A DNA stretch of 34,814 nt from Microcystaceae cyanobacterium (GTDB lineage: Bacteria; Cyanobacteriota; Cyanobacteriia; Cyanobacteriales; Microcystaceae). The position numbers and the translations under genes are program-made. Where the stretch lies: contig JBGTGT010000074.1 of NCBI GenBank assembly GCA_041746575.1, forward strand, positions 1-34,814. The letters run 5' to 3'. Below are positions 21,269 through 30,653 of the stretch, in pieces (the first letter of the stretch is position 1; each line of letters begins with the position of its first letter). The notes below the pieces were generated by a model that was not told the origin of the DNA, did no database searches, and saw nothing but the letters and a program-made list of their open reading frames with translations.

Positions 21269-21322
21269 AGAGGGATAAACTTGCAGTTTGCTTTTGCTAT
21301 AAATTGGATTTTAACGCAATCT

Positions 21323-22939
21323 TTAATCTAAACTCAGGGTATTTAAGCACCCAAAATAACTGCTAATTCCTAATATTAATAACACCTTAGTTAACCAGTC
21401 TCCCCACTGAACATAAAGGGTTTTGGTTTGGCGAGTATAAATCGTATCTTTGTGTAATTGATAAGTGTTTTTATCAGATAGCCAAAGGGTATCACCACGA
21501 GGATTAACAATAGCAGAATAACCCGTATTTGTTGCTCTGGCAACCCAGCGATTGGTTTCAATCCCTCGCATCAGATCTACAGCATGATGTTGGATTAACA
21601 TCGAAGAACTATAATGAGCATCATTAGAAGCAGTAATAATAAATTCTCCGCCTTGTGCCGCTTGTCGTCGAAAATGCTCTGAAAAAGCAGATTCGTAACA
21701 AATTCCTACAATAGCTTGACCAAAAGGGGTTTTAAAGGTTTGATTTTTATCTCCTTTTTGTAAATGACCATCAAGAGGAGAAAGACGTTGAATAAGATTG
21801 CCTAAAATAGATTGAAAAGGAATATATTCTCCTAAAGGAACCAATTGGATTTTATTAAAACGACTGATAACTTTACCTTGTTTATCTATCATAAATAGAC
21901 TGTTAAAATATTGATCTTTGTTTTGATAAAATGTGCCTAACATAACGGGAACATTCTGATCTAAAATGGCTTGATAAAAAGAACTGTGTTGTTGAATATC
22001 TTCAAAATAAAAAGGTAGAGCGGTTTCTGGGGTTAAAACGATATCCACTCCTTGACGGGCTAATGCTTCATAGCCTTGAGTGTAACCTTCAATTGCTTTT
22101 TGTAAACCGCCTTTGTATAATTTGATCTCATTGGGAATATTTCCTTGAATCAGTCCAATTTGCAAGGCATTATCAGCAGAATTCTCAAGGGGAAGTTGAT
22201 AATAATAAAAGCCGATTAAATGAGAAAAAATCAAAACAATAATTGTGAAGATAAAGAATGGAAAACGATAGAAGGTGATAGCTTTATGGAAATTTAGTTT
22301 TGTATTTCCTAATGAAAAATTCTTAGAAACAAGGGGTTTCATCTCTTGATTTAAAAGTCCTTCCGTGATCAAACCATTCACTAAAAGTAAACAAAAAGTT
22401 ACTGTTGAAATGCCTGAAAATTGTTCTAATTGTAATAACCAGAGATTGTTGGGACTTTGGGTTAAAGCGATCGCGCTCCACCATAAATCCCCCTGACTCC
22501 ATATCCATTCTAAAACACACCAAAAAGCAATACTGATTAAAATTCGACTGAAACTTAAATGAAAAGAAGACTTTATAGGCTTTCTTTTACGAGAGAAATA
22601 ATAAATAAAATAAACCCCGATTGACCAACTAATCGCAATTAAAGATCCCCAAATAGTAATAAAAATCCAACAAAATAAAGCAATACTTAAGCTCGCTAAC
22701 CAAGGCACACCCATCCAAGTCATGGGATGCACACCTAAAATCCATGATAAACTCCATCCATAGTATCCTAATCCCCACAATAATCCCGCCAAAATTGCTT
22801 CTTTAAAAGTTGTTTTTTTCTGAGCAATACAATACCAAAGGGGAACAATTGCCACCCAAGCCAATCCATAAAAGGACGTAGGCGGTACAGCGAAAGCCAT
22901 GCCTAAACCACTGCAGAACACGAAAATTAAAAATATCAT
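21323..22939 (-). CDS. lnt: Apolipoprotein N-acyltransferase
   Basis: Multi-TM N-terminus. Nitrilase-fold triad motifs TPETA, KIQLVPLGEYIP, ICYES, plus QGNI and RATNTGYS. Start codon uncertain. Confidence 0.95.
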   Translation of the reverse strand: MIFLIFVFCSGLGMAFAVPPTSFYGLAWVAIVPLWYCIAQKKTTFKEAILAGLLWGLGYYGWSLSWILGVHPMTWMGVPWLASLSIALFCWIFITIWGSLIAISWSIGVYFIYYFSRKRKPIKSSFHLSFSRILISIAFWCVLEWIWSQGDLWWSAIALTQSPNNLWLLQLEQFSGISTVTFCLLLVNGLITEGLLNQEMKPLVSKNFSLGNTKLNFHKAITFYRFPFFIFTIIVLIFSHLIGFYYYQLPLENSADNALQIGLIQGNIPNEIKLYKGGLQKAIEGYTQGYEALARQGVDIVLTPETALPFYFEDIQQHSSFYQAILDQNVPVMLGTFYQNKDQYFNSLFMIDKQGKVISRFNKIQLVPLGEYIPFQSILGNLIQRLSPLDGHLQKGDKNQTFKTPFGQAIVGICYESAFSEHFRRQAAQGGEFIITASNDAHYSSSMLIQHHAVDLMRGIETNRWVARATNTGYSAIVNPRGDTLWLSDKNTYQLHKDTIYTRQTKTLYVQWGDWLTKVLLILGISSYFGCLNTLSLD

Positions 22940-23049
22940 TGTTCGTTTTTATGAAGTATTGATTGGGCAACCCATCTTAAATCCTGACACAAGTAGGCTA
23001 TCATAAGTTAAGATTTGTAACAGTCATTATTTACTGAACATCAACTTTT

Positions 23050-23529
23050 ATGAATACTACTATTCCAGAGAATATCAAAATATGGTCTCAATTTGGTCAT
23101 CCCCTGCTGATGTGGGTATTGTTTGCCCTCACCGTTTATGCAATGTATTTAGGCATTCAGTGGCGTAGAACTCGTAAGGCTGATAAAGATCTAAAAAAAG
23201 AACTAATTAAGCAAGATTTTCGCACAAGACACTATCAAATAGGGTCTGTGCTTCTCGCTTTCATGGTACTCGGCACCCTAGGGGGTATGGCCGTCACCTA
23301 CATTAACAATGGTAAATTATTTGTGGGTCCCCATCTCCTCGTTGGGTTAGGGATGACGGGAATGATTGCCCTATCTGCGGCCTTATCACCCCTAATGCAA
23401 AAAGGAAACGATTTTGCCCGTTATACTCATATTGCTCTTAATTCGGGGATTGTCGGTCTTTTTGGCTGGCAAGCGGTTTCGGGAATGCAAATTGTCCAGA
23501 AAATTCTTGATAAAATGGCTTCGCCGTAA
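23050..23529 (+). CDS. DUF4079 family membrane protein (cytochrome b561-like His pattern)
   Basis: HPLLMW, RHYQIGS, GKLFVGPHLLVGL, ARYTHIALN; four TM segments. Confidence 0.85.
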   Translation: MNTTIPENIKIWSQFGHPLLMWVLFALTVYAMYLGIQWRRTRKADKDLKKELIKQDFRTRHYQIGSVLLAFMVLGTLGGMAVTYINNGKLFVGPHLLVGLGMTGMIALSAALSPLMQKGNDFARYTHIALNSGIVGLFGWQAVSGMQIVQKILDKMASP

Positions 23530-23542
23530 TCAGTAACTTGTC

Positions 23543-23562
23543 GGGGTGCAAGCCTTGCGCCC
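23543..23562. repeat. REP-like palindrome copy 3 (GGGGTGCAA-GCC-TTGCGCCC)
   Basis: Same core, 13 nt after the DUF4079 stop, preceded by GTC. Confidence 0.6.
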
Positions 23563-23654
23563 AATTGCTAACTTAAACAATAAACGGTTATATTAAAAGG
23601 TAAGAAAATAGGGAAATTTTCTTTATTCGTTCACACTTTATAACTGCCGTAAAC

Positions 23655-24767
23655 ATGATGCAAACGGGGTTCACTCCCCTCAATTCTCTGCAACAAGGAC
23701 AATGGTTTAAACTGATTTGCGGTGCCAGTTTTCAAGACTTACCTGCCATCCGACTGTTAGCGTTAATCTACGGTTTAGTGGGTGCAGATTGTATTGATGT
23801 AGCCGCTGACCCTGCTGTTGTGACCTCTGCCAAAGAAGGCTTAAAAATGGCGCAGAAATTAAGCCCAATTGCCCAAAAAAAAGGCTATTTAGGCTATCGA
23901 AATCCATGGGTTATGGTGAGTCTTAATGATGGGGAAGATCCCCATTTTCGCAAAGCCCATTTTAATCCAAATCACTGTCCGTCCGATTGTTCCCGTCCCT
24001 GTGAAAAAATTTGTCCTGCAAACGCCATCATCTTTTCAGAAAAAAGTCAAGGAATTATTGAAGAACGTTGTTATGGTTGTGGCCGTTGTTTGCCTGTTTG
24101 TCCCCAAAATCTGATTGTTACTCATTCTTCCGTCTTTTCTCTTCCTCTGATAGAGGCAATGATGAAACAAAGGGAAATTGATGCCCTTGAAATTCATACG
24201 CACGGGGACAATGTAGAAAACTTTAAGCAATTATGGTCTTTCGTTGGAAAAAATAGCAAAAATCTGAAGCTTTTAGCAATTAGTTGCCCGGAACATCCTG
24301 AATTAATCTCTTATCTTACTGAACTTTCTCGTATCATTGCGCCTTTACCTTGTCCTTTAATTTGGCAAACCGATGGCCGTCCCATGAGTGGCGATATCGG
24401 CAAAGGAACCACTCACGCTACCCTTAAATTGGGGCAAAAGGTCTTAAAGGCAGCTTTAGGGGGGTATGTCCAACTAGCCGGGGGAACAAACCACCATACC
24501 GTTCCTAAGCTAAGAACGTTAAGATTATTAAAGGACACTCAAGCTTCTGAGACGCCTTACATTGCCGGCGTTGCTTATGGCAGTTATGCCCGTTCATTGT
24601 TATCCCCTTTTTTAGATCATTTTGACTATTTTGGCGAAAAAATGAATTTTCAGATTTTAGACAATGAACTTTTTTGGCAAGCTGTTGATATCGCTCATTC
24701 ACTTATTTTTCCTTTAAAATTCCCTCTACTTTATTCGGAAATATCCACTCTTAACTCGAATAAGTGA
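23655..24767 (+). CDS. ldpA: Circadian clock input protein LdpA (two 4Fe-4S motifs)
   Basis: WFKLICGAS, GADCIDVAAD, DGEDPHFRKA, CPSDCSRPCEKICP, CYGCGRCLPVCP, WQTDGRPMSGDIG, QLAGGTN. Confidence 0.93.
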   Translation: MMQTGFTPLNSLQQGQWFKLICGASFQDLPAIRLLALIYGLVGADCIDVAADPAVVTSAKEGLKMAQKLSPIAQKKGYLGYRNPWVMVSLNDGEDPHFRKAHFNPNHCPSDCSRPCEKICPANAIIFSEKSQGIIEERCYGCGRCLPVCPQNLIVTHSSVFSLPLIEAMMKQREIDALEIHTHGDNVENFKQLWSFVGKNSKNLKLLAISCPEHPELISYLTELSRIIAPLPCPLIWQTDGRPMSGDIGKGTTHATLKLGQKVLKAALGGYVQLAGGTNHHTVPKLRTLRLLKDTQASETPYIAGVAYGSYARSLLSPFLDHFDYFGEKMNFQILDNELFWQAVDIAHSLIFPLKFPLLYSEISTLNSNK

Positions 24768-24843
24768 AATTCATCAATCATAACCCGTAACAAAGGTCCA
24801 ATTCTCGGTATCATAATTCGTAATTCATTATTTAGCCTCAATA

Positions 24844-26595
24844 ATGTATAATAGAACACCTTTTTCTCTTGATCCCCTGCCCAACGACCTACATCAACTA
24901 TTCGACATTCTTCCTATCTCCATCCGTCAAATTCTTCAACAACATTCCCAAAAAGATCAATTAATTGAAGTGGTAATGGACTTGGGACGCGTTCCTGAAG
25001 CCCGCTTTCCGAGTCAATCAGTAGATTTGGGGAATAAACCTGTAACTCACGCCGATTTACAGCACTGCATCGAACGGGTGGGAGAATTTAGTAGCGATAA
25101 TCGTGCGGGTATCGAACGGACGTTGCACCGCATCAGTGCTATCCGTAATCGCTCAGGACAAGTGATTGGGTTAACCTGTCGGATTGGGCGAGCGGTTTTC
25201 GGTACCATCACCATGATTCGGGATTTAGTGGAAACGGGTCAATCTATTCTGTTATTGGGTCGGCCGGGGGTCGGAAAAACCACAGCTTTAAGGGAAATTG
25301 CTAGAGTTTTAGCAGATGAGCTAGAGAAAAGAGTCGTTATCATCGATACATCCAATGAAATTGCTGGAGATGGCGATATTCCTCATCCCGCGATTGGCCG
25401 AGCGCGAAGGATGCAAGTAGCGCGTCCTGAATTACAGCATCAAGTGATGATTGAGGCAGTAGAAAATCATATGCCAGAAGTGATTGTTATCGACGAAATT
25501 GGGACAGAATTAGAGGCAATGGCAGCCAGAACGATTGCAGAACGGGGTGTGCAACTGGTGGGGACTGCCCACGGCAATCAAATCGAGAATTTAATTAAAA
25601 ATCCCACCTTATCCGATTTGGTGGGGGGTATTCAAGCCGTTACCTTGGGAGATGATGAAGCGCGTCGACGGGGGTCACAAAAAACCGTTTTAGAGCGTAA
25701 ATCGCCACCGACCTTTGAAATTGCCATTGAAATGCTGGAAAGACAACGTTGGACTATTCACCCGAATGTGGCGCAAACCGTTGATATTTTATTGCGAGGC
25801 GGTGAGCCTCAATTGGAAATCCGAACGGTTGATGAGGAGGGAAACGTCCAGATTTCTCACGAAAATTCTGCCTCTGCCCCAACAAATTCCTTTCCAGACG
25901 TTAATACTCCCGTTTTTTGGACAGAAAAACCGACTGGACTACGAGCTTCTGGCCGCATGACGCCTTTACCCCCTTTTTCTCCACAAAATAAGAAAAAAAA
26001 TCTAGAGTTTGAGCAAATGCTCGAAAAATCTTGGGTTCAAACCGAGCCAAAGACTGAAAAAGTGCGAGTACCGGGACCTAACGGCGAAGATTATCCCATT
26101 TACGTTTATCCTTATGGTATTGGACGATCGCAAATTGAGCAAGTCATAGATGTATTACAAATGCCGATTGTCTTAACTAAAGACTTAAATAATGCGGATG
26201 CAGTGGTAGCCATTCGTTCCCACGTCAAAAATCACTCAAAATTACGTCAAATTGCAAAATCTCGTCAAATTCCCATTTATGGCGTCAAGTCAAATACGGT
26301 TCCCCAAATAAGTCGTGCTTTGCGTCGATTATTGGGTTTAGATGACCCCCAATTACCCACCAATGACGAATTGCGCCTTTTTGCCCACTTAGGGACGGAT
26401 GACGAACTTGAAGCCCTCGAAGAAGCACGATTAGCTGTAGAACAAATTGTCATTCCTAAAGGACAACCTGTTGAATTACTGCCCCGTTCGCCGAAAATTC
26501 GCAAAATGCAACATGAATTAGTGGAACATTATCGCTTACAATCTGATAGCTTTGGCGAAGAACCCAATCGTCGCTTACGGATTTATCCTGCTTAG
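24844..26595 (+). CDS. ycf45: Ycf45/SpoIIIAA-like AAA ATPase with C-terminal R3H domain
   Basis: Walker A GRPGVGKT, DTSNEIAGDGD, Walker B IVIDEIG, GTAHG, R3H motif RKMQH...SFGEEPNRRL. Confidence 0.88.
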   Translation: MYNRTPFSLDPLPNDLHQLFDILPISIRQILQQHSQKDQLIEVVMDLGRVPEARFPSQSVDLGNKPVTHADLQHCIERVGEFSSDNRAGIERTLHRISAIRNRSGQVIGLTCRIGRAVFGTITMIRDLVETGQSILLLGRPGVGKTTALREIARVLADELEKRVVIIDTSNEIAGDGDIPHPAIGRARRMQVARPELQHQVMIEAVENHMPEVIVIDEIGTELEAMAARTIAERGVQLVGTAHGNQIENLIKNPTLSDLVGGIQAVTLGDDEARRRGSQKTVLERKSPPTFEIAIEMLERQRWTIHPNVAQTVDILLRGGEPQLEIRTVDEEGNVQISHENSASAPTNSFPDVNTPVFWTEKPTGLRASGRMTPLPPFSPQNKKKNLEFEQMLEKSWVQTEPKTEKVRVPGPNGEDYPIYVYPYGIGRSQIEQVIDVLQMPIVLTKDLNNADAVVAIRSHVKNHSKLRQIAKSRQIPIYGVKSNTVPQISRALRRLLGLDDPQLPTNDELRLFAHLGTDDELEALEEARLAVEQIVIPKGQPVELLPRSPKIRKMQHELVEHYRLQSDSFGEEPNRRLRIYPA

Positions 26596-26740
26596 GAGGA
26601 TGGATTATTGATTCGGCGATCGCTGACATGGAAACCCCTTAAGTTAAGATAGCCATTGACTAATACGCTGAATAATCAAGAAAAACCCTGAAGATTGGGT
26701 CAACCAGACGTCTACCCCCTTAGATGCCCAGACGAATCGC

Positions 26741-28570
26741 ATGATTTTCCCTATCCTAGATTGCTTGAACGAGATTTATGAATCCTATCTTCCCAACAAA
26801 AACGGTCAAGTTGCCGATTACATTCCCGAATTAGCGAAAGTTAAGCCTGATTTATTTGGAATCTGCTTGGCAACCCCTGATGGTCGAGTTTATGAAGTGG
26901 GACAGTCGCAACACCCCTTTACCCTTCAATCTATTTCTAAAGCGTTTGTCTATGGATTAGCTTTAGAAGATAACGGCCGAGAGACTGTTATGCAGAAAGT
27001 GGGCGTTGAACCCACAGGGGAAGCTTTTAACTCCATTATTTTAGACGAAGTGAATAATCGTCCCTATAATCCGATGGTTAATGCAGGAGCGATTGTAACC
27101 ACCTCATTGATCAAAGGAAGAGATCGGGAACATCGGTTTTCTCGAATTTTAGAGCTTTTTGAACGATTAATAGGACGTGAACTCACTGTAGACGAATCAG
27201 TCTATCAATCTGAAAAAAAGACAGGACATCGCAATCGAGCGATCGCCTATTTAGAATTAAATAGTGGCATGATAGAAGAACCCATCGAAGAACATTTAGA
27301 CCTTTATTTCCAACAATGTTCAATTCTCGTCACCGCCAGAGATTTAGCTATTATGGCGGCAACCTTAGCCAATAATGGCATTAACCCGATCACTCAGATC
27401 AAAGCCATCGCTAATGAACAAGTGAGTGCCGTTCTCAGTGTAATGACCAGTTGCGGTATGTATGATTTTTCAGGAGAATGGCTTTATCGGGTAGGACTTC
27501 CGGCCAAAAGTGGGGTTGGGGGCGGCATTGTAGCAGTTTTACCGGGACAACTAGGGATTGGCGTTTTTTCTCCCCGTTTAGATGCACAGGGGAATAGTGT
27601 CAGAGGAATTCGAGTGTGTGAAGAATTGTCCCATCGTTTTCATTTACATTTATTCGATACCCATACCATTTCTCAATCCTTTATGAGTCGGATTTATACG
27701 GCCGCAGAGATTGCTTCCAAAAAACGACGTCGCGCTCCAGAAAAAGCTTTTTTACAACAGCAAGGCACACAAATTCTCGTTTATGAATTACGGGGCGATC
27801 TTTACTTTGCGACGATGGAACAGTTAATGAATCAATGCCAAGGGATTTTGGCATTGATCCAGTTTTTAATTCTCGATGGACGGAAAATAGGACGGTCGGA
27901 TGGCAGTGCTTTAAATTTACTCAAACAGATGGCACAAGCTTTAGAAAAACAAGAGATAAAATTATTATTAGCGAGTTTTCCGGATTTGATTGGTCAGCCC
28001 CTTCAACAAGAGGGAGGAGAACCCTTTTTATTTTTTCCTACGGTCGATGGGGCGATCGAATGGTGTGAAGAGCAACTATTATCATCCCTAGATATTTCCC
28101 TATTGTCAGAATTGTCAGAGACCCAAAAACTATCCTTAGAAGAAATGGATATTCTGCAAGGATTTACCGCAGAAGAATTAGACATTCTGGCGAACTTTAT
28201 TACCGAAGAACGGTATCTTCCTCAAGAAATGATTATTCAAGAAGGATTAGAAGGCGATAGTATTTATTTGTTGGCTTCGGGGATGGCAACGGTTTCTTTA
28301 AGCTTAGGACAAGGTCAAAATCGTAAACGCTTAACCACCTATATTCCAGGTATTGCTTTTGGCGAATTAATCTTATTTGAATCGGGCAAACGAACAGCTG
28401 ATATTATTGCGGATACAGAAGTCATTTGCTATGTTTTAACATTGGACAAGTTAGAAAATCTTTTTAATCTCGCCCCAGTCGTTTATGTCAAACTGCTCAA
28501 GACCTTCGGGAAAAATTTAGTAGATACCCTCCGTCGTTCAACCCTAGAAGTGCGTAGTCTGTCTAATTAA
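26741..28570 (+). CDS. glsA: Glutaminase A fused to STAS and cyclic-nucleotide-binding domains
   Basis: GQVADYIPELA, catalytic QSISK (Ser64/Lys67), NPMVNAGAI, CGMYDFSGEW, PAKSGVGG. Then STAS-like ELRGDLYFA...ILD...DGSA and cNMP-like IIQEG...IYLLASG...FGE...RTA. Confidence 0.93.
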   Translation: MIFPILDCLNEIYESYLPNKNGQVADYIPELAKVKPDLFGICLATPDGRVYEVGQSQHPFTLQSISKAFVYGLALEDNGRETVMQKVGVEPTGEAFNSIILDEVNNRPYNPMVNAGAIVTTSLIKGRDREHRFSRILELFERLIGRELTVDESVYQSEKKTGHRNRAIAYLELNSGMIEEPIEEHLDLYFQQCSILVTARDLAIMAATLANNGINPITQIKAIANEQVSAVLSVMTSCGMYDFSGEWLYRVGLPAKSGVGGGIVAVLPGQLGIGVFSPRLDAQGNSVRGIRVCEELSHRFHLHLFDTHTISQSFMSRIYTAAEIASKKRRRAPEKAFLQQQGTQILVYELRGDLYFATMEQLMNQCQGILALIQFLILDGRKIGRSDGSALNLLKQMAQALEKQEIKLLLASFPDLIGQPLQQEGGEPFLFFPTVDGAIEWCEEQLLSSLDISLLSELSETQKLSLEEMDILQGFTAEELDILANFITEERYLPQEMIIQEGLEGDSIYLLASGMATVSLSLGQGQNRKRLTTYIPGIAFGELILFESGKRTADIIADTEVICYVLTLDKLENLFNLAPVVYVKLLKTFGKNLVDTLRRSTLEVRSLSN

Positions 28571-28880
28571 ATTAAGTTAGAGGTTCTCTTTTCTTCCCCA
28601 AATATACCGAAACGGGACTCAAAACATCTCAGTGAAATAACGGAATAGTTCTGCATTTATACGAATTCAGGAAAAAAGGTAAAAAATTTTGCAATTCCTG
28701 TTCGTTAATCCCTCGATTCGGGAACTCTATCAATAATGGATTAGAAAATATCTTTCTGGGTCAAGACGGAGAACGCTCAGTTTCATTAATCTTTACATTC
28801 TTCTCTCTCGAATGACCTTTTTTTTAGCCTAAGATATTTCCTCGCCCATTTCCCTAATCTATTAGACCGAGTGAGATTAA

Positions 28881-30419
28881 GTGATGCAAGTGCCTATTCA
28901 TCTAAGGAGTGCAGACAGCTATTCTGCCCACGAAACTACGCTCAATCCGTCCTATCGTCTTTTTTGCCGTCTAGATGGGTTAAATCCTGCCATGCGAGAA
29001 CAAAAACGGTTAGCGGTTCTTAAAAATTTAGGATTATTAGAAGCTGAAAGTATTCCTGTTTTCGATGAGGCCACACAAACCGCCGCTCATTATCTCCAAT
29101 CCCCTTTGTGCGTACTAGGTATTGTGTTAAAAGAAGACATTCGGCTAAAATCTGCCATTGGCTTGTCTCGGTTGGGTTTAATGAACCCAATTGCTTCTTC
29201 TCGCCAAATTCCTCGTCATGGCTGTCTCAGTGCCTATGTGGTGGATAGCGAACAACCCTTAGTCATCTTTGATACGCTGGCGGAGTCCACCTTTTCTCAA
29301 ACCCTTTTTGTACAACAATACGGCATTCGTGCTTATCTAGGGACACCGTTGATTACGGCAGAAGGAGATTGTATTGGCGCATTGTCGGTGATGGATTTAG
29401 CTCCCCATGTTTTTTCGCCAAAAGATATCGAATTCTTAAATTTAACTGCTCGTTGGTGTCTGCGAGAGTTTGAGCGGCAACAACTCCTGAAAAGTCTGGA
29501 AAATAATGAAGAAATTCTCTTTTTAAACGCTTCTTCTAGGGAATTGCCCGTTAATGGCTCTGATTCTCCCCATAATCCTCCCTATTCTTTCCAAAAGTTT
29601 GCCCAATCTTTAAGTTACGTTAAACTAAAACTCTTGGGGCAACTCACACAAGAACTACGTACGCCTTTAACTGCCGTGATTGGAATGTCCAGCGTTTTGC
29701 AAGGAGAAGTCTTTGGCACGCTTTCATTAAAACAGAAAGAATATCTTAATATTATTCATACCAGTGGTCAATATCTTAATTCGATTGTCGAAGAAATTCT
29801 TAAACTAGGCGTTTTAGAAGAACAAAGTGCTGATCTTAAACTGACTCCTGTCAATATTGAAATGATTTGTCAGCAATCCCTTAATAGTTTAAGCCAAATG
29901 GCTAAACAAAAACGGTTACAATTACGGTTATCTGTTGAACCGGGTCAAAGAGTATGGTTACTGGATAAAGAACGCATTCGGCAAGCTCTTTATTATCTGG
30001 TCTTAAGTGTGATCGAAGCGGCAGAGGCAGGGGGCGAAATTCGAGTTCATATCTCTCGACGAACGAAAACGCTGAATATCGCCGTTTGGATTTCTCATCC
30101 TTGGTTAGGAGACGGAATTCCACAAGTCGTTTCCTATCGCAATCTTAGACATCAACCTTCCTCTTCTGTCATTAGTTCTTCTGAGGCGAGTGATATCCCT
30201 TCAACCCATCAAGTGGTAACCGTTGCTTCCCTAGAATCGGCCATTAACGGTGGTTCATTGAGTGCTTCTTTATGCCAAAATCCGCAAGAATTGCTCGGTT
30301 TGTTACTTTGTTGCCATTTAGTAGAGAGCCACGGCGGAAAAATCGTCATTCAAGGCTCAGATGAGTCGGGACGCCGTTATGTTCTTATGTTACCGAAAAT
30401 TGCCGCCGAAGAAAAATAA
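28881..30419 (+). CDS. GAF-domain histidine-kinase-like protein, probable pseudokinase
   Basis: GAF domain (EQKRLAVLKNLGLL...GIRAYLGTPL...IGALSVMD). HisKA-like helix reads TQELRTPL. The HATPase-like region lacks the N-box Asn and DxGxG. Confidence 0.85.
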   Translation: MMQVPIHLRSADSYSAHETTLNPSYRLFCRLDGLNPAMREQKRLAVLKNLGLLEAESIPVFDEATQTAAHYLQSPLCVLGIVLKEDIRLKSAIGLSRLGLMNPIASSRQIPRHGCLSAYVVDSEQPLVIFDTLAESTFSQTLFVQQYGIRAYLGTPLITAEGDCIGALSVMDLAPHVFSPKDIEFLNLTARWCLREFERQQLLKSLENNEEILFLNASSRELPVNGSDSPHNPPYSFQKFAQSLSYVKLKLLGQLTQELRTPLTAVIGMSSVLQGEVFGTLSLKQKEYLNIIHTSGQYLNSIVEEILKLGVLEEQSADLKLTPVNIEMICQQSLNSLSQMAKQKRLQLRLSVEPGQRVWLLDKERIRQALYYLVLSVIEAAEAGGEIRVHISRRTKTLNIAVWISHPWLGDGIPQVVSYRNLRHQPSSSVISSSEASDIPSTHQVVTVASLESAINGGSLSASLCQNPQELLGLLLCCHLVESHGGKIVIQGSDESGRRYVLMLPKIAAEEK

Positions 30420-30653
30420 ACGTAAAGTAAAGATATTTAGCAGACTTAAATCTTATCGTAGGGGGGTTTTAGAAATAAGGACACCCCTATTTGGGAGCAA
30501 TAAAATAGACTAAGAGTAAGTCACCCTCAATCTACATTGTCAAAACCCATCTATGTTGAGTTATTCGTCTTCCCCTCTCTGTCCCTCTTCTCGTCTCCTT
30601 TTTCCGATTGAAGGAGTATGTAAACCGAATGAGGCATTACGGAGCGACTGCTC

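Larger units (their letters stand above)
2316..27246. repeat. Dispersed HIP1 octamer GCGATCGC (at least 13 copies)
   Basis: Copies seen at 2316, 3820, 5849, 6962, 9728, 10009, 12845, 18249, 18921, 19998, 22467, 26616 and 27239. Well under one copy is expected by chance in an AT-rich 35 kb window. Confidence 0.9.

Noticed and set aside
24814..24830. TAATTCG-TAATTCA heptamer pair resembling cyanobacterial short tandem repeats
   Set aside because: Only two copies; too short to call an array.
28700..28780. Possible glutamine riboswitch downstream of glsA (CGTT...GACGGAGAACGC)
   Set aside because: Only fragmentary resemblance; the CGGAAGTA/GAAGGAACG core and supporting stems are not evident. An Rfam scan would settle it.
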